From an uncultured virus (IMG/VR IMGVR_UViG_2882707223_000001) (taxonomy: Duplodnaviria > Heunggongvirae > Uroviricota > Caudoviricetes), in the IMG/VR virus record IMGVR_UViG_2882707223_000001: a stretch of 64,000 nucleotides of DNA. One strand, given 5' to 3'. Positions within the stretch are counted from its first letter, which is position 1, and each line of letters opens with the position of its first letter. Shown piece by piece: positions 19,216 through 27,428 of the stretch. The notes under the pieces were generated by a model. The model saw only the letters and a program-made list of their open reading frames with translations, was not told where the DNA came from and ran no database searches. The position numbers and the translations under genes were made by a program.

Positions 19216-20915
19216 TCAATGAAAAAGAAAAAACAGTTATAAAGGCGAAAATCTTTGAAATAGTGCAATATGAAAAGAATCCCAAAACTGGAGAAGATTT
19301 ACATTTTAATGAAGAAGTTATAAAAGATGGATTAGACCACAAAACTATTAAGCGTTTCGCTTATATCAAACATAATAAAGATCCTTATACCTTAGAAGAA
19401 GAAAAACAAGGGAAAGGAAAAGCGGGTGAGTTAAAAAATGACCACTGGCACGTTGTCCTTGAGTGCCCTGGCAAGGTTGATATAAAATATATTGCTAAGT
19501 GGTTTAATGTTCCTGAACAATATATAGAACTACCTAAAGGGCGTGGGGCTTTTCTTGATAAGGTGGCTTATTTAACACACGAAAGCGAAAAGGAACAAGC
19601 AAAAGGTAAAGCCCTCTATGATGATGATGAAGTTATAGCAAATTTTGACTGGCGAAAAGAACTCATTGAAAGAGAAGAAAATAAACTAAAATATGGCGGG
19701 GATTTATGTCCAAAAGATCGTATGCGTTATGATGTAAGATATTTGGGTAAAACTTTGAAAGAATGTCAAGACGAAGATAAAAAAATGTATATGGATAATG
19801 AAAAAGATCTTACATATTTAAGACTGCGTTATATAAATGAGTTAAAACCTCCAAAAGAAAGAATTAACATTTATATATCTGGTGAAGGTGGAAACGGTAA
19901 AGGCTTAATGAGTAAAGCAATAGCAAGAAGCCTATTCCCTGATATAGCAAATGAAGAAGATATATATTTTTGTGTAGGTGCTGAAGGTGCTGAATTTATC
20001 GGTTATGACGGACAACCTATTATTATTTGGTCTGATAAAAGGTCTTGGGAACTTTTAAAAGTTTTAAAAGGTAGGGGAAACGCTTTTGAAGTTTTAGATC
20101 CTCATCCTGATAGAAAAAACCAAAATGTTAAATATGCTTCAACTAATTTATGTAATAAAATAAATATAATAAATAGCGTTCAAGGTTGCTCTGATTTTTT
20201 AGATCGCCTTGCGGGGGAATATACAGATAAGCAAGGAAATAAACAAGAAGCGGAAGATAAAACACAGAGTTATAGAAGATTCCCTCTAACAATTACAATA
20301 AATGATAATTCATATGATTTAAAAGTAAATAAAGGTTATAAAGACAATACAAAAGATTTTTTAAATTATTATGAGTATTTGAATATTGATTGTAATTTAC
20401 AACAAATAAGGGTTATGTGTGGCGATAATGAAGCATTGGCAAAAGAACTTGAAAAGCAAGCAATAGAACCTATTTTAAAAGAATATAATGAAATTGTAAA
20501 CAGAGAAAAACCACAATATACTGAAGCTGAATTAAGAGAAATGTTTAAAAATGTAGGCAAGGTAAGAACACAAGAACCTGTAAAAGAAAGTATAAAAAAT
20601 AAATCTGAACTAGGTCATATTTATACTACTAATTGTGAGTATTATTATACATACCCTTGCGCTGATATTGAAAAGCCTGATTTTGATTATAAAAAATGTG
20701 TTGTTCCTTCATATTTGAATGAGTATGAATGTAAACAAAATTTAAAAGAATTTGAAAAAATACATAGAGAACTTGAAGCACAAAAAACAAAAGAAGAAAA
20801 AGAAAAAGAAGCACAAAAACAACAAGAAGCACAAGAACAAAAAGACGCTGATTTATTAGAAATGGCACAAGATGATTTTTACAATGAACCTGATAATAAT
20901 GATTTTTTTAATTAA
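19215..20915 (+). CDS. rep: Rolling-circle Rep: HUH endonuclease (Rep_2-like) fused to an SF3 helicase
   Basis: YIKHNKD, HWHVVL (HUH), YLTH (catalytic Tyr), GEGGNGKG Walker A, GYDGQPIIIWSD Walker B; frame open back to ATC 19215. Confidence 0.85.
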   Translation: MNEKEKTVIKAKIFEIVQYEKNPKTGEDLHFNEEVIKDGLDHKTIKRFAYIKHNKDPYTLEEEKQGKGKAGELKNDHWHVVLECPGKVDIKYIAKWFNVPEQYIELPKGRGAFLDKVAYLTHESEKEQAKGKALYDDDEVIANFDWRKELIEREENKLKYGGDLCPKDRMRYDVRYLGKTLKECQDEDKKMYMDNEKDLTYLRLRYINELKPPKERINIYISGEGGNGKGLMSKAIARSLFPDIANEEDIYFCVGAEGAEFIGYDGQPIIIWSDKRSWELLKVLKGRGNAFEVLDPHPDRKNQNVKYASTNLCNKINIINSVQGCSDFLDRLAGEYTDKQGNKQEAEDKTQSYRRFPLTITINDNSYDLKVNKGYKDNTKDFLNYYEYLNIDCNLQQIRVMCGDNEALAKELEKQAIEPILKEYNEIVNREKPQYTEAELREMFKNVGKVRTQEPVKESIKNKSELGHIYTTNCEYYYTYPCADIEKPDFDYKKCVVPSYLNEYECKQNLKEFEKIHRELEAQKTKEEKEKEAQKQQEAQEQKDADLLEMAQDDFYNEPDNNDFFN

Positions 20916-20928
20916 GGGGTGAAAACAA

Positions 20929-21096
20929 ATGAGAGAAATAGAAGAACAAGATTTTAAAAGTAGATACTTACTATTTTATGATAATTATAAAAAGGGCAAT
21001 TATATTTTAAGTGTTTATATTGATAAAGATTTAAACAAGTTTATAAATGTCTTAGACTTAGACTTGATGGAAAATGCATATTATATTGAAAAATAA
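20929..21096 (+). CDS. Small hypothetical protein (~55 aa)
   Basis: AAGGGGTG RBS; MREIEEQDFKSRY... Confidence 0.45.
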   Translation: MREIEEQDFKSRYLLFYDNYKKGNYILSVYIDKDLNKFINVLDLDLMENAYYIEK

Positions 21097-21121
21097 AAAT
21101 ACAAAAGAAAGGAAGAATAAA

Positions 21122-21469
21122 ATGAAAGAAAAAATGATAATTGATAGAATGGAAGATTTAAAAGAAATGATTAAAATTGAAAAGAGAAGAATAAAGGATC
21201 TTGAATATGATTTTGAATTTGGTTTTTCTTATGAACTTGAAGCAATTACTATGAATTTAATGGTGGCATATAGAATATTGGCGTATCTTCAAGGCGAATA
21301 TATAGAAGTTTTAGAACCATATAGACCTAAAAAAGAAATACCTTTAAAAACAAATCTTGATGATTTATTAAATGAGTTTGATTTAGAAGAACCATTAGAA
21401 GATCCTGAATTTATTAAGGAAAATATTGAAAATAAAAAGGAAGGAGAACAAAAGAAATGGATACAATAA
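21122..21469 (+). CDS. Hypothetical acidic coiled-coil protein
   Basis: AAGGA RBS before ATG 21122 within the listed ORF. Confidence 0.55.
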   Translation: MKEKMIIDRMEDLKEMIKIEKRRIKDLEYDFEFGFSYELEAITMNLMVAYRILAYLQGEYIEVLEPYRPKKEIPLKTNLDDLLNEFDLEEPLEDPEFIKENIENKKEGEQKKWIQ

Positions 21470-21618
21470 TAAAATTTTATATAAAAAAATATCTTTATAA
21501 AAAATTAGATGAAATACAAAAACAAAATAATGAAGATACTTCTGTAAATGATATTTTATATGACTGGGTTAATTCTTCATCTGTTGAATTTTAAAAAATA
21601 TGATGATATAATTATCTA

Positions 21619-21800
21619 AGAGAACGGGAAACTCTTAAACAATCCTAAAAATTGCTTAACAAAAAAATCCTACACTCTTAACAAAACACATCGGGTAAGT
21701 GTATAAAAAGCCTGTAGACTTAACTTATGATTATTTGATGGAATAAATCTAATAACTTTATTAAATAGCCTTTACTGCTAAATGCGGTAAGGGCTTTTTT
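21619..21800 (+). ncRNA. Candidate ~180-nt small RNA
   Basis: TTGAAT-17-TATAAT with extended TG (21584-21612); terminator AGCCTTTACTGC/GCGGTAAGGGCT plus T-run (21768-21800); no ORF. Confidence 0.55.
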
Positions 21801-21844
21801 GATCTGTTGACTTCTGATATGTAAAAATTATAAAATCAAATTAT

Positions 21845-22538
21845 AAGTTATTTATATATATCTTTATACAGATATTAAAAGTTTTGATGAACTAGCGTTC
21901 CTTAAGTATTCGCCTTTTGTATATTAGGTAATAAAAAATATATATTCTTTTTGGGAAGTTTAGAATTAAAAACAAACTTGTAAGTTTAGGAATTGGTATT
22001 TATTACATACTATTAAGAAGTAAAAAAGAGTATAAAAGTTTAGGTGATATGGCAATGTAAAAGTTGCTAATATTTTTAAAACTTAGTTATGTAACAACAA
22101 GAAGAAGTTGTTATTTTTTTGGTAGAAAATCACTCCTGTAATAAGGGGTCTTGGTTTACAAAATGCTTTGTCATTTTGGTTTAAAATCTCCTTTTATTAC
22201 AAAAAGAAATCTTATGATTTTTTATAATATTTAAGACAGTGAAGAAAACACTTTATCTAAAAAATTACAAAAAGGAAAAAAACCTTTTAAAAAAATACAT
22301 CTAACTTTTTAGAATTTTAGCGTATTACGCTTTAAGAGAAAAAAGCAAAAAATACGCTTGATCGGGTTGTGGTATCTGATAGCAAGATGAAACCGCCGAT
22401 CCTCTTTTGCTCTGGCTATTGTAAAAGCCTTTGCTAATTCTAATGCTTATATTGCTATATGTAACTAATAACCACGTAATTAATTATAAGATATAACATA
22501 AATAATCGTGTATTTGATGGCGAAAACGCCTTTTTTTC
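21845..22538 (+). ncRNA. Candidate large (~660-nt) structured non-coding RNA
   Basis: Promoter 21807-21836; 5'/3' closing helix 21848-21864 with 22488-22505; many nested long-range helices; terminator GGCG-AAAA-CGCC-T7; no ORF of 60 aa or more on either strand. Confidence 0.65.
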
Positions 22539-22648
22539 TTACTATTCTATGTCTTTTATCTACATTGAGGGGAAAAACTTGTTTTTCCCCGCTCAATGTA
22601 GATAAAAATGGGTTGAGTAAGAATTGAGAAGGTGATCTATTTCTTGAT

Positions 22649-22815
22649 TAATACGTATTAATTTTGCTAATACGTATTAAATTGCTAATACGTCTTTAAT
22701 ACGTATTAATTTGCTAATACGTATTAATTTTGCTAATACGTATTAATTTTGGGGAAATCCTAAAAAATAATACGTATTAATTTGCTAATACGTATTAAAT
22801 TGCTAATACGTATTA
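22649..22815. repeat. Array of 12-bp palindromes TAATACGTATTA
   Basis: 8 perfect copies and 1 imperfect copy, mostly at 18-19 bp period, in blocks of 6 and 3. Confidence 0.95.
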
Positions 22816-22915
22816 ATTTTATATATAGCCCGCCTACGGGCGGGGGCTGAAAAAAAGATTATGAGAATAAAAACAATAAGAATAAAAATTTTGATTTGAA
22901 AGGAGAACAAAAACA

Positions 22916-23410
22916 ATGAAAAAATACTTTTTAATAATACAACCTGATAACTTTAAAAAACCTAAAAAGGTGGAAAGAATAATTATATTTGATAAAGATA
23001 AAGCCTTAATTTTTGATTGTGAAATGACACGAATTTCTTATATGTATATAAAAAAATTAATGTCTGAAAACGCTCTATTTATTACATACAATGGTGAACT
23101 TTTAAAAAATATGTTATGGCAATTTTTTGGCTTTTGTGAATATAAAAACATTATTGATTTGATGGAAAACTTTGCCGTTGTATATGGAAAATATAAAGAC
23201 TGGGAAACAGAAGAAGGCTCTTTATATATCTGGCAAAAATTAGAAACTGCTTTAAATTATTATAAAGATAGGGGCTATAAAATACCTAATTGTAAAATTA
23301 ATATTTATGAACCTCTGGACGTTATAAGCGGAACAATTATATTATATGACTGTATGAAAGACTGGGAAGAAAAACAACTACAAAAAGAAATTAGAAAGGG
23401 GGTGATTTAA
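22916..23410 (+). CDS. Degenerate DEDDh/DnaQ exonuclease-like protein
   Basis: DLMENFAVVYGKYKDWE...YIWQKLETALNYY resembles the exonuclease at 36803-37330, but the acidic catalytic motifs are absent. Confidence 0.55.
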   Translation: MKKYFLIIQPDNFKKPKKVERIIIFDKDKALIFDCEMTRISYMYIKKLMSENALFITYNGELLKNMLWQFFGFCEYKNIIDLMENFAVVYGKYKDWETEEGSLYIWQKLETALNYYKDRGYKIPNCKINIYEPLDVISGTIILYDCMKDWEEKQLQKEIRKGVI

Positions 23411-24351
23411 TCCGTAATATAAATCAACAATTAAATTATGCTATAAGTAAATCTTTAAAAATTGGTGAAAGTAAACACTCTGCTAAAAAGAACGGCACTT
23501 ATAGAGAAGGTAATATTTATAGCAATAATACATTACAATCTTATAAAGATACCGCTAAAAATTTAAGTAATTGGCTGAAAGAAAAACATCCTGAAGTAAA
23601 AAATGTTGTAGATATAAAACAAGAACATATTCAAGAGTGGATCAATGACAGGGGTAAAAACTGGTCGCTTAGAACGCTTGAAAATCATATGACTAAAATA
23701 AAATATCTTGAAGAACAATCAAAAAAAGTCTTTGGGCGTGATAATGTAAATTTCTATAATAAAGATTATGAAAAACCTAAAACAAAAGAATCAACAAGGG
23801 ATAAAGCCTTTACTCCTGATGATTTAAACAGATTAAGGGAAACAATGAAAAATAGCCGCTCTTTTGCAAAAGAAGCAATAGAAATTACAAGCCGCTGTGG
23901 ATTGCGTATTGATGAAGTAGCACATTTAAAAAGAGAAGATATAAACATATCTGAAAAAACTATATATGTTGATAGAGAAGGGGCAAAAAACGGTAAAGCC
24001 CGTGTTGTTCCTGTTCGTGATAAAGATATAAATTATTTTAAAGAATTATTAGAAAAATATCCTGAAAGGGGCTATTTTACAAAAACTGACGCTAAAAGCA
24101 TAAGTAAAAGCATACGCCGCTATATGGATAAGACACAAGACAGGGAAGGCGTGTTATTGTCTAAAAAATATGAAAAAACAACCGATCACGCTATAAGAAA
24201 ATTATACGCCACGGAAAGAATGAAGGAACTTAGGGGCAATGAACCTTTAAGCAATAACAAGGAAGAAATGAAAAACTGGAATATAGTTTCTAAGGAATTA
24301 GGACACGGTGAAGGTAGAAAAAATTTATATAATACATATTGTAAGGGATAA
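23410..24351 (+). CDS. Tyrosine recombinase/integrase
   Basis: CGLRIDE (R), AKNGK (K), HAIRK (HxxR), LGH, terminal TY; frame open upstream to ATC 23410, encoding a SAM-like N-domain. Confidence 0.88.
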   Translation: MRNINQQLNYAISKSLKIGESKHSAKKNGTYREGNIYSNNTLQSYKDTAKNLSNWLKEKHPEVKNVVDIKQEHIQEWINDRGKNWSLRTLENHMTKIKYLEEQSKKVFGRDNVNFYNKDYEKPKTKESTRDKAFTPDDLNRLRETMKNSRSFAKEAIEITSRCGLRIDEVAHLKREDINISEKTIYVDREGAKNGKARVVPVRDKDINYFKELLEKYPERGYFTKTDAKSISKSIRRYMDKTQDREGVLLSKKYEKTTDHAIRKLYATERMKELRGNEPLSNNKEEMKNWNIVSKELGHGEGRKNLYNTYCKG

Positions 24352-24415
24352 TATAAACCAACTGGAAGATGAAGCAAGCCCTGTCTTTGGGCTTGGTTCA
24401 TCTGTAAGGCGGTAG

Positions 24416-24439
24416 CAAGCCGAAAGGCTTGTTTTTTTT
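24416..24439 (+). terminator. Intrinsic terminator after the recombinase
   Basis: CAAGCC-GAAA-GGCTTG-T8. Confidence 0.85.
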
Positions 24440-24608
24440 GACTTTTTTATAATTGCTTATTATTTTATACATATGGCGTATGTAATCTATACATAACTTA
24501 TGGTGTATAGAATATGTATAAAACGCCTTAAATGCGCTGTAATTGATTTTAAAATCCTTTAATGACTGTTTACCCTCTGGAAGTATTTAAAAATGATTCT
24601 GGGGCATT

Positions 24609-24836
24609 TTACGGCTTTTGTGGCGGCTCTGGTGGCGTGTCTGGTAAGAAAATAACAACACTCTCGGCTTGGCACTGTAAAATTTGGCATAACTTTTCTA
24701 ATGTGTGCATTGTAATGCTCTTATTGCGTTTTAAGTTGGTTATGGTGTAAGGGCTGAAATTGTGCTTGTATATAAGCGTATATGTTGTTATCCCTTGCTT
24801 TTTCATTGTTTTCCACAATGGCTCATAAGAAATCAC
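24609..24836 (-). CDS. XRE/Cro-C1 HTH regulator
   Basis: MISYEPLWK...TLEKLCQILQC is a typical short HTH; divergent from the early operon. Confidence 0.85.
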   Translation of the reverse strand: MISYEPLWKTMKKQGITTYTLIYKHNFSPYTITNLKRNKSITMHTLEKLCQILQCQAESVVIFLPDTPPEPPQKP

Positions 24837-24897
24837 AAGATCGCCCCCTTCCTACTGGTTTTTTGAATATTTTTATTATCTTATAGCAAAGTTTTAA

Positions 24898-25001
24898 AAT
24901 TAAATGCGAAAAGAGTTGAATAAACTCTATCGCATTTATTTTTTTATCCATGAAAAACATAGATAAAATGCGGTGGAGCCGAAAACTCTACCGCATTTTT
25001 T
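24898..25001. promoter_or_regulatory. Two related inverted-repeat operators between divergent regulators
   Basis: AAATGCGAAAAGAG...CTCTATCGCATTT and AAATGCGGTGGAG...CTCTACCGCATTT. Confidence 0.65.
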
Positions 25002-25036
25002 ATTTTACCCAAAAGACGAAAAAGGAGGCGTTGGGC

Positions 25037-25234
25037 GTGAGAAAACCGTACAAAAAATTAACCTATGCAGACCGGCAGACAATAGAACGCATGAGCGGGC
25101 AGGGGATAGCGGCAAAAGCGATAGCATTAGAAACCGGCGTACACATTGCAACCATTTACAGAGAGATGCAGCGGGGAGCCGATGAAGAAGGACACTACAA
25201 AGCAGAATTAGCACAGCAGGCTTTATTCAGTTAG
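25037..25234 (+). CDS. Small HTH protein (IS30-type HTH_38)
   Basis: YKKLTYADRQTIE...GVHIATIYREMQRG; AAGGAGG RBS. Confidence 0.75.
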   Translation: MRKPYKKLTYADRQTIERMSGQGIAAKAIALETGVHIATIYREMQRGADEEGHYKAELAQQALFS

Positions 25235-25246
25235 GTGGGGGGCAAA

Positions 25247-25630
25247 ATGAAAGTTGTTAATTTCGATGAAGTGAAAGCGGGCGATTTAGTACAAGTGCCA
25301 CGTACTCAATTTGCGCCGCAGCGGTACGGCTGGAATGGTTGGCTATTCAGCGAGGCAATAGTTATAAGAAAAGGGATCGGGAGAAAAAGCAATAAGCCAG
25401 TAATAACGGTTGAAATGCGTACACCGAAAAGCACGAACGATTACGGAACGACAGAAAGAACATTTCGCGCTAATTGTGTGTTTCTAACAAATGGAGTAGA
25501 GATCGCAAGAAAGTTTTTAAAAGAGGACGGAATAGAAAGCAAGGAAGAATTTGAAAAAGCTATAAAGAACGAAGAAATAACGGGGGCTGATTGGATCAAA
25601 TTTTTGGTAGATAAGGGTTTCTTGTTTTGA
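25247..25630 (+). CDS. Phage hypothetical protein
   Basis: ORF with RBS in the early operon. Confidence 0.6.
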   Translation: MKVVNFDEVKAGDLVQVPRTQFAPQRYGWNGWLFSEAIVIRKGIGRKSNKPVITVEMRTPKSTNDYGTTERTFRANCVFLTNGVEIARKFLKEDGIESKEEFEKAIKNEEITGADWIKFLVDKGFLF

Positions 25631-25968
25631 GTGTGGGCGGCACCGGAAAAACCGCACGCGCCCTATTCGTGGGAAAACCGCAAAGCGGCGGGGCAGGTTC
25701 GGCACCTGCAGGGCGTATTTGTAGCGAGGTTGGCAACCTTGCGGCAGATGCAGCAGGCAAATAGCTGTTATCTGTATACTGTGAAAAAATTGCAGCGGTC
25801 ACGCCTGCTAGAAAGCGTGTAGACGGTCAACAAGTTTTCAGTTGCTTTTTAATGTGAAAAGCAGCCCACACAGTAAATTATAAGCCGATGCGGGATTATA
25901 TGAAGAAAGAGAGGGATCCGCCCTAAAAAGGGCAGCAGGAGCGTTACATAGAACCTAAAAAAGAATAG

Positions 25969-26033
25969 AAAAATAGCCGTTGCGTTGGCAGCGCAGCGGC
26001 TAAAGAATTGGTGCAAATGCAATAACTCAATCT
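25969..26033 (-). ncRNA. Putative counter-transcribed RNA in the rep leader
   Basis: Minus-strand TTGACG-17-TATAAT with extended TG (26068-26040); hairpin 25974-26002 followed by a U-tract. Confidence 0.55.
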
Positions 26034-26171
26034 AAGAAAATTATACCACTTATTGCGTTTGTCGTCAAGCCAAAACACCGGCAAACAAGCCGGTTTCGGG
26101 CTTGTTCAAGCTATTAACTTTAGGATCATATATGGCAAAAAGAATATGACGCAGAAGAAGGTGTAATTAAG

Positions 26172-26909
26172 ATGGGATATTTTAAAACATCAGTAGAGGC
26201 AGGGGCAACGATTGAGGTAACAAAAAGTTATACAAAGCGGGTAGGGGTAAAGGCAAGAGGAGGGAAGGAGAAACCGACAGCAGAGGAAATAGAAAAGGTT
26301 AATCAGATGAACGCAGAGAGAACCCTCCGACTAAAGATAAATAATAATTTCGGTGTAGACGATCCGTTTATCACTCTGACATACCGGAAGGACGAAAGAC
26401 CGGAACCGGAAAAGGCAAAGAAAGATATTAAAAAGCTGATAGACAGATTACGGAAAGAGTTTAAGAAGGTAGGGGTGGATCTGAAATGGGTATGCGTAAC
26501 AGAGTACCTAAACAAAGCAATACATCATCATTTATTGATTAACCATATCGAAGGGCAAGATGTTTGCAAATGGGTACGCAGGTTGTGGAAATATGGCAGA
26601 CCGGACTTTAAGTATTTGGACGATACCGGACAATATAAAGACCTTGCGGCGTATCTGATAAAAGAAACATCAAAGACATACAAGGCAAAGGACGGAGCGA
26701 AGAAACAAAGATACAGTTGCAGCCGTAATTTGGTAATGCCAACACCGAAAACCGAGATTATCAAAAAGGCGAAAAAGTGGTTGCCGGATCCAAAACCGAT
26801 AAAAGGCTACTACATAGACAAAGACACAGTATATAACGGCGTAGATCCCTTTACTGGCAGGGCATACCAAAAGTATACAATGGTTCGTATTTCCGGTAGT
26901 GGCGGTTAG
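26172..26909 (+). CDS. HUH rolling-circle-type replication initiator
   Basis: FITLTY (motif I), IHHHLLIN (motif II), LAAYLIKE (motif III). Confidence 0.8.
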   Translation: MGYFKTSVEAGATIEVTKSYTKRVGVKARGGKEKPTAEEIEKVNQMNAERTLRLKINNNFGVDDPFITLTYRKDERPEPEKAKKDIKKLIDRLRKEFKKVGVDLKWVCVTEYLNKAIHHHLLINHIEGQDVCKWVRRLWKYGRPDFKYLDDTGQYKDLAAYLIKETSKTYKAKDGAKKQRYSCSRNLVMPTPKTEIIKKAKKWLPDPKPIKGYYIDKDTVYNGVDPFTGRAYQKYTMVRISGSGG

Positions 26910-26989
26910 CTTGTGGATATGTGGATAACTCATAAAGAAAATGCCGCGCCGTCAAGTAATTACTGGACAAAAAGGCAGATTGGAGGAAG

Positions 26990-27424
26990 GTGGATAAGTT
27001 GGAGGTGGGAATATACGTTAAATGTCATTTCAGAGGAAACCCAAGAGGCGCGGGAGAGGCGGCAGCGGTCATAGAGTACATAGACGGCACCGGAAAAAGT
27101 CACACAAGAAAACAGCAGATCCGGATCGAGCATGACACGAAAAACGCCCTAAATCTGAAAATCTGTATAGCGGCAATGCGGATATTATTAAAGCCTTGCC
27201 ACATTACAATTTACACAGCTTGCGACTACATGGGGAACGCCTGCCGGTTGGGGTGGGTGGAGAAGTGGCAGCAGGACGGTTGGAAGAAAGCAAACGGAAA
27301 GCCGCCCGCCAACGTGGAGGACTGGAAACAATTCTTTATGCTGACACAGATCCACACCGTAACATTTGCAGAGTATGACAGCCGACACGATGAAGAATTA
27401 GAAAAAGATTTAAGGGGGCAATAG
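26990..27424 (+). CDS. RNase H-like protein
   Basis: GNPRG...KPCHITIYT...WQQDGWKKANGKPPANVEDWK is RNase HI-like; the canonical acidic residues look altered. Confidence 0.7.
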   Translation: MDKLEVGIYVKCHFRGNPRGAGEAAAVIEYIDGTGKSHTRKQQIRIEHDTKNALNLKICIAAMRILLKPCHITIYTACDYMGNACRLGWVEKWQQDGWKKANGKPPANVEDWKQFFMLTQIHTVTFAEYDSRHDEELEKDLRGQ

Positions 27425-27428
27425 CGGC

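Larger units (their letters stand above)
17228..24600. mobile_element. AT-rich integrated plasmid-like element (pCRESS-like Rep + tyrosine recombinase); right boundary uncertain (24446-24600)
   Basis: Sharp compositional shift, origin-like repeats, Rep and recombinase genes, terminators near both ends. Confidence 0.8.

Noticed and set aside
22649..22815. Repeat array as a CRISPR locus
   Set aside because: Units are 12 bp with near-constant 6-7 bp linkers; no unique spacers and no cas genes.
21600..22900. Decayed protein gene or tRNA cluster in the ORF-free interval
   Set aside because: No long reading-frame remnants or tRNA T-loop/cloverleaf motifs seen; intact promoters, terminators and helices fit RNA genes better.
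23410..24351. Tyrosine recombinase as the integrase of prophage 2
   Set aside because: Its AT-rich composition and coupling to the upstream element gene place it in the plasmid-like element; not fully excluded without att sites.
25037..25234. IS30 transposase
   Set aside because: Only the HTH is present; no DDE domain or terminal repeats.
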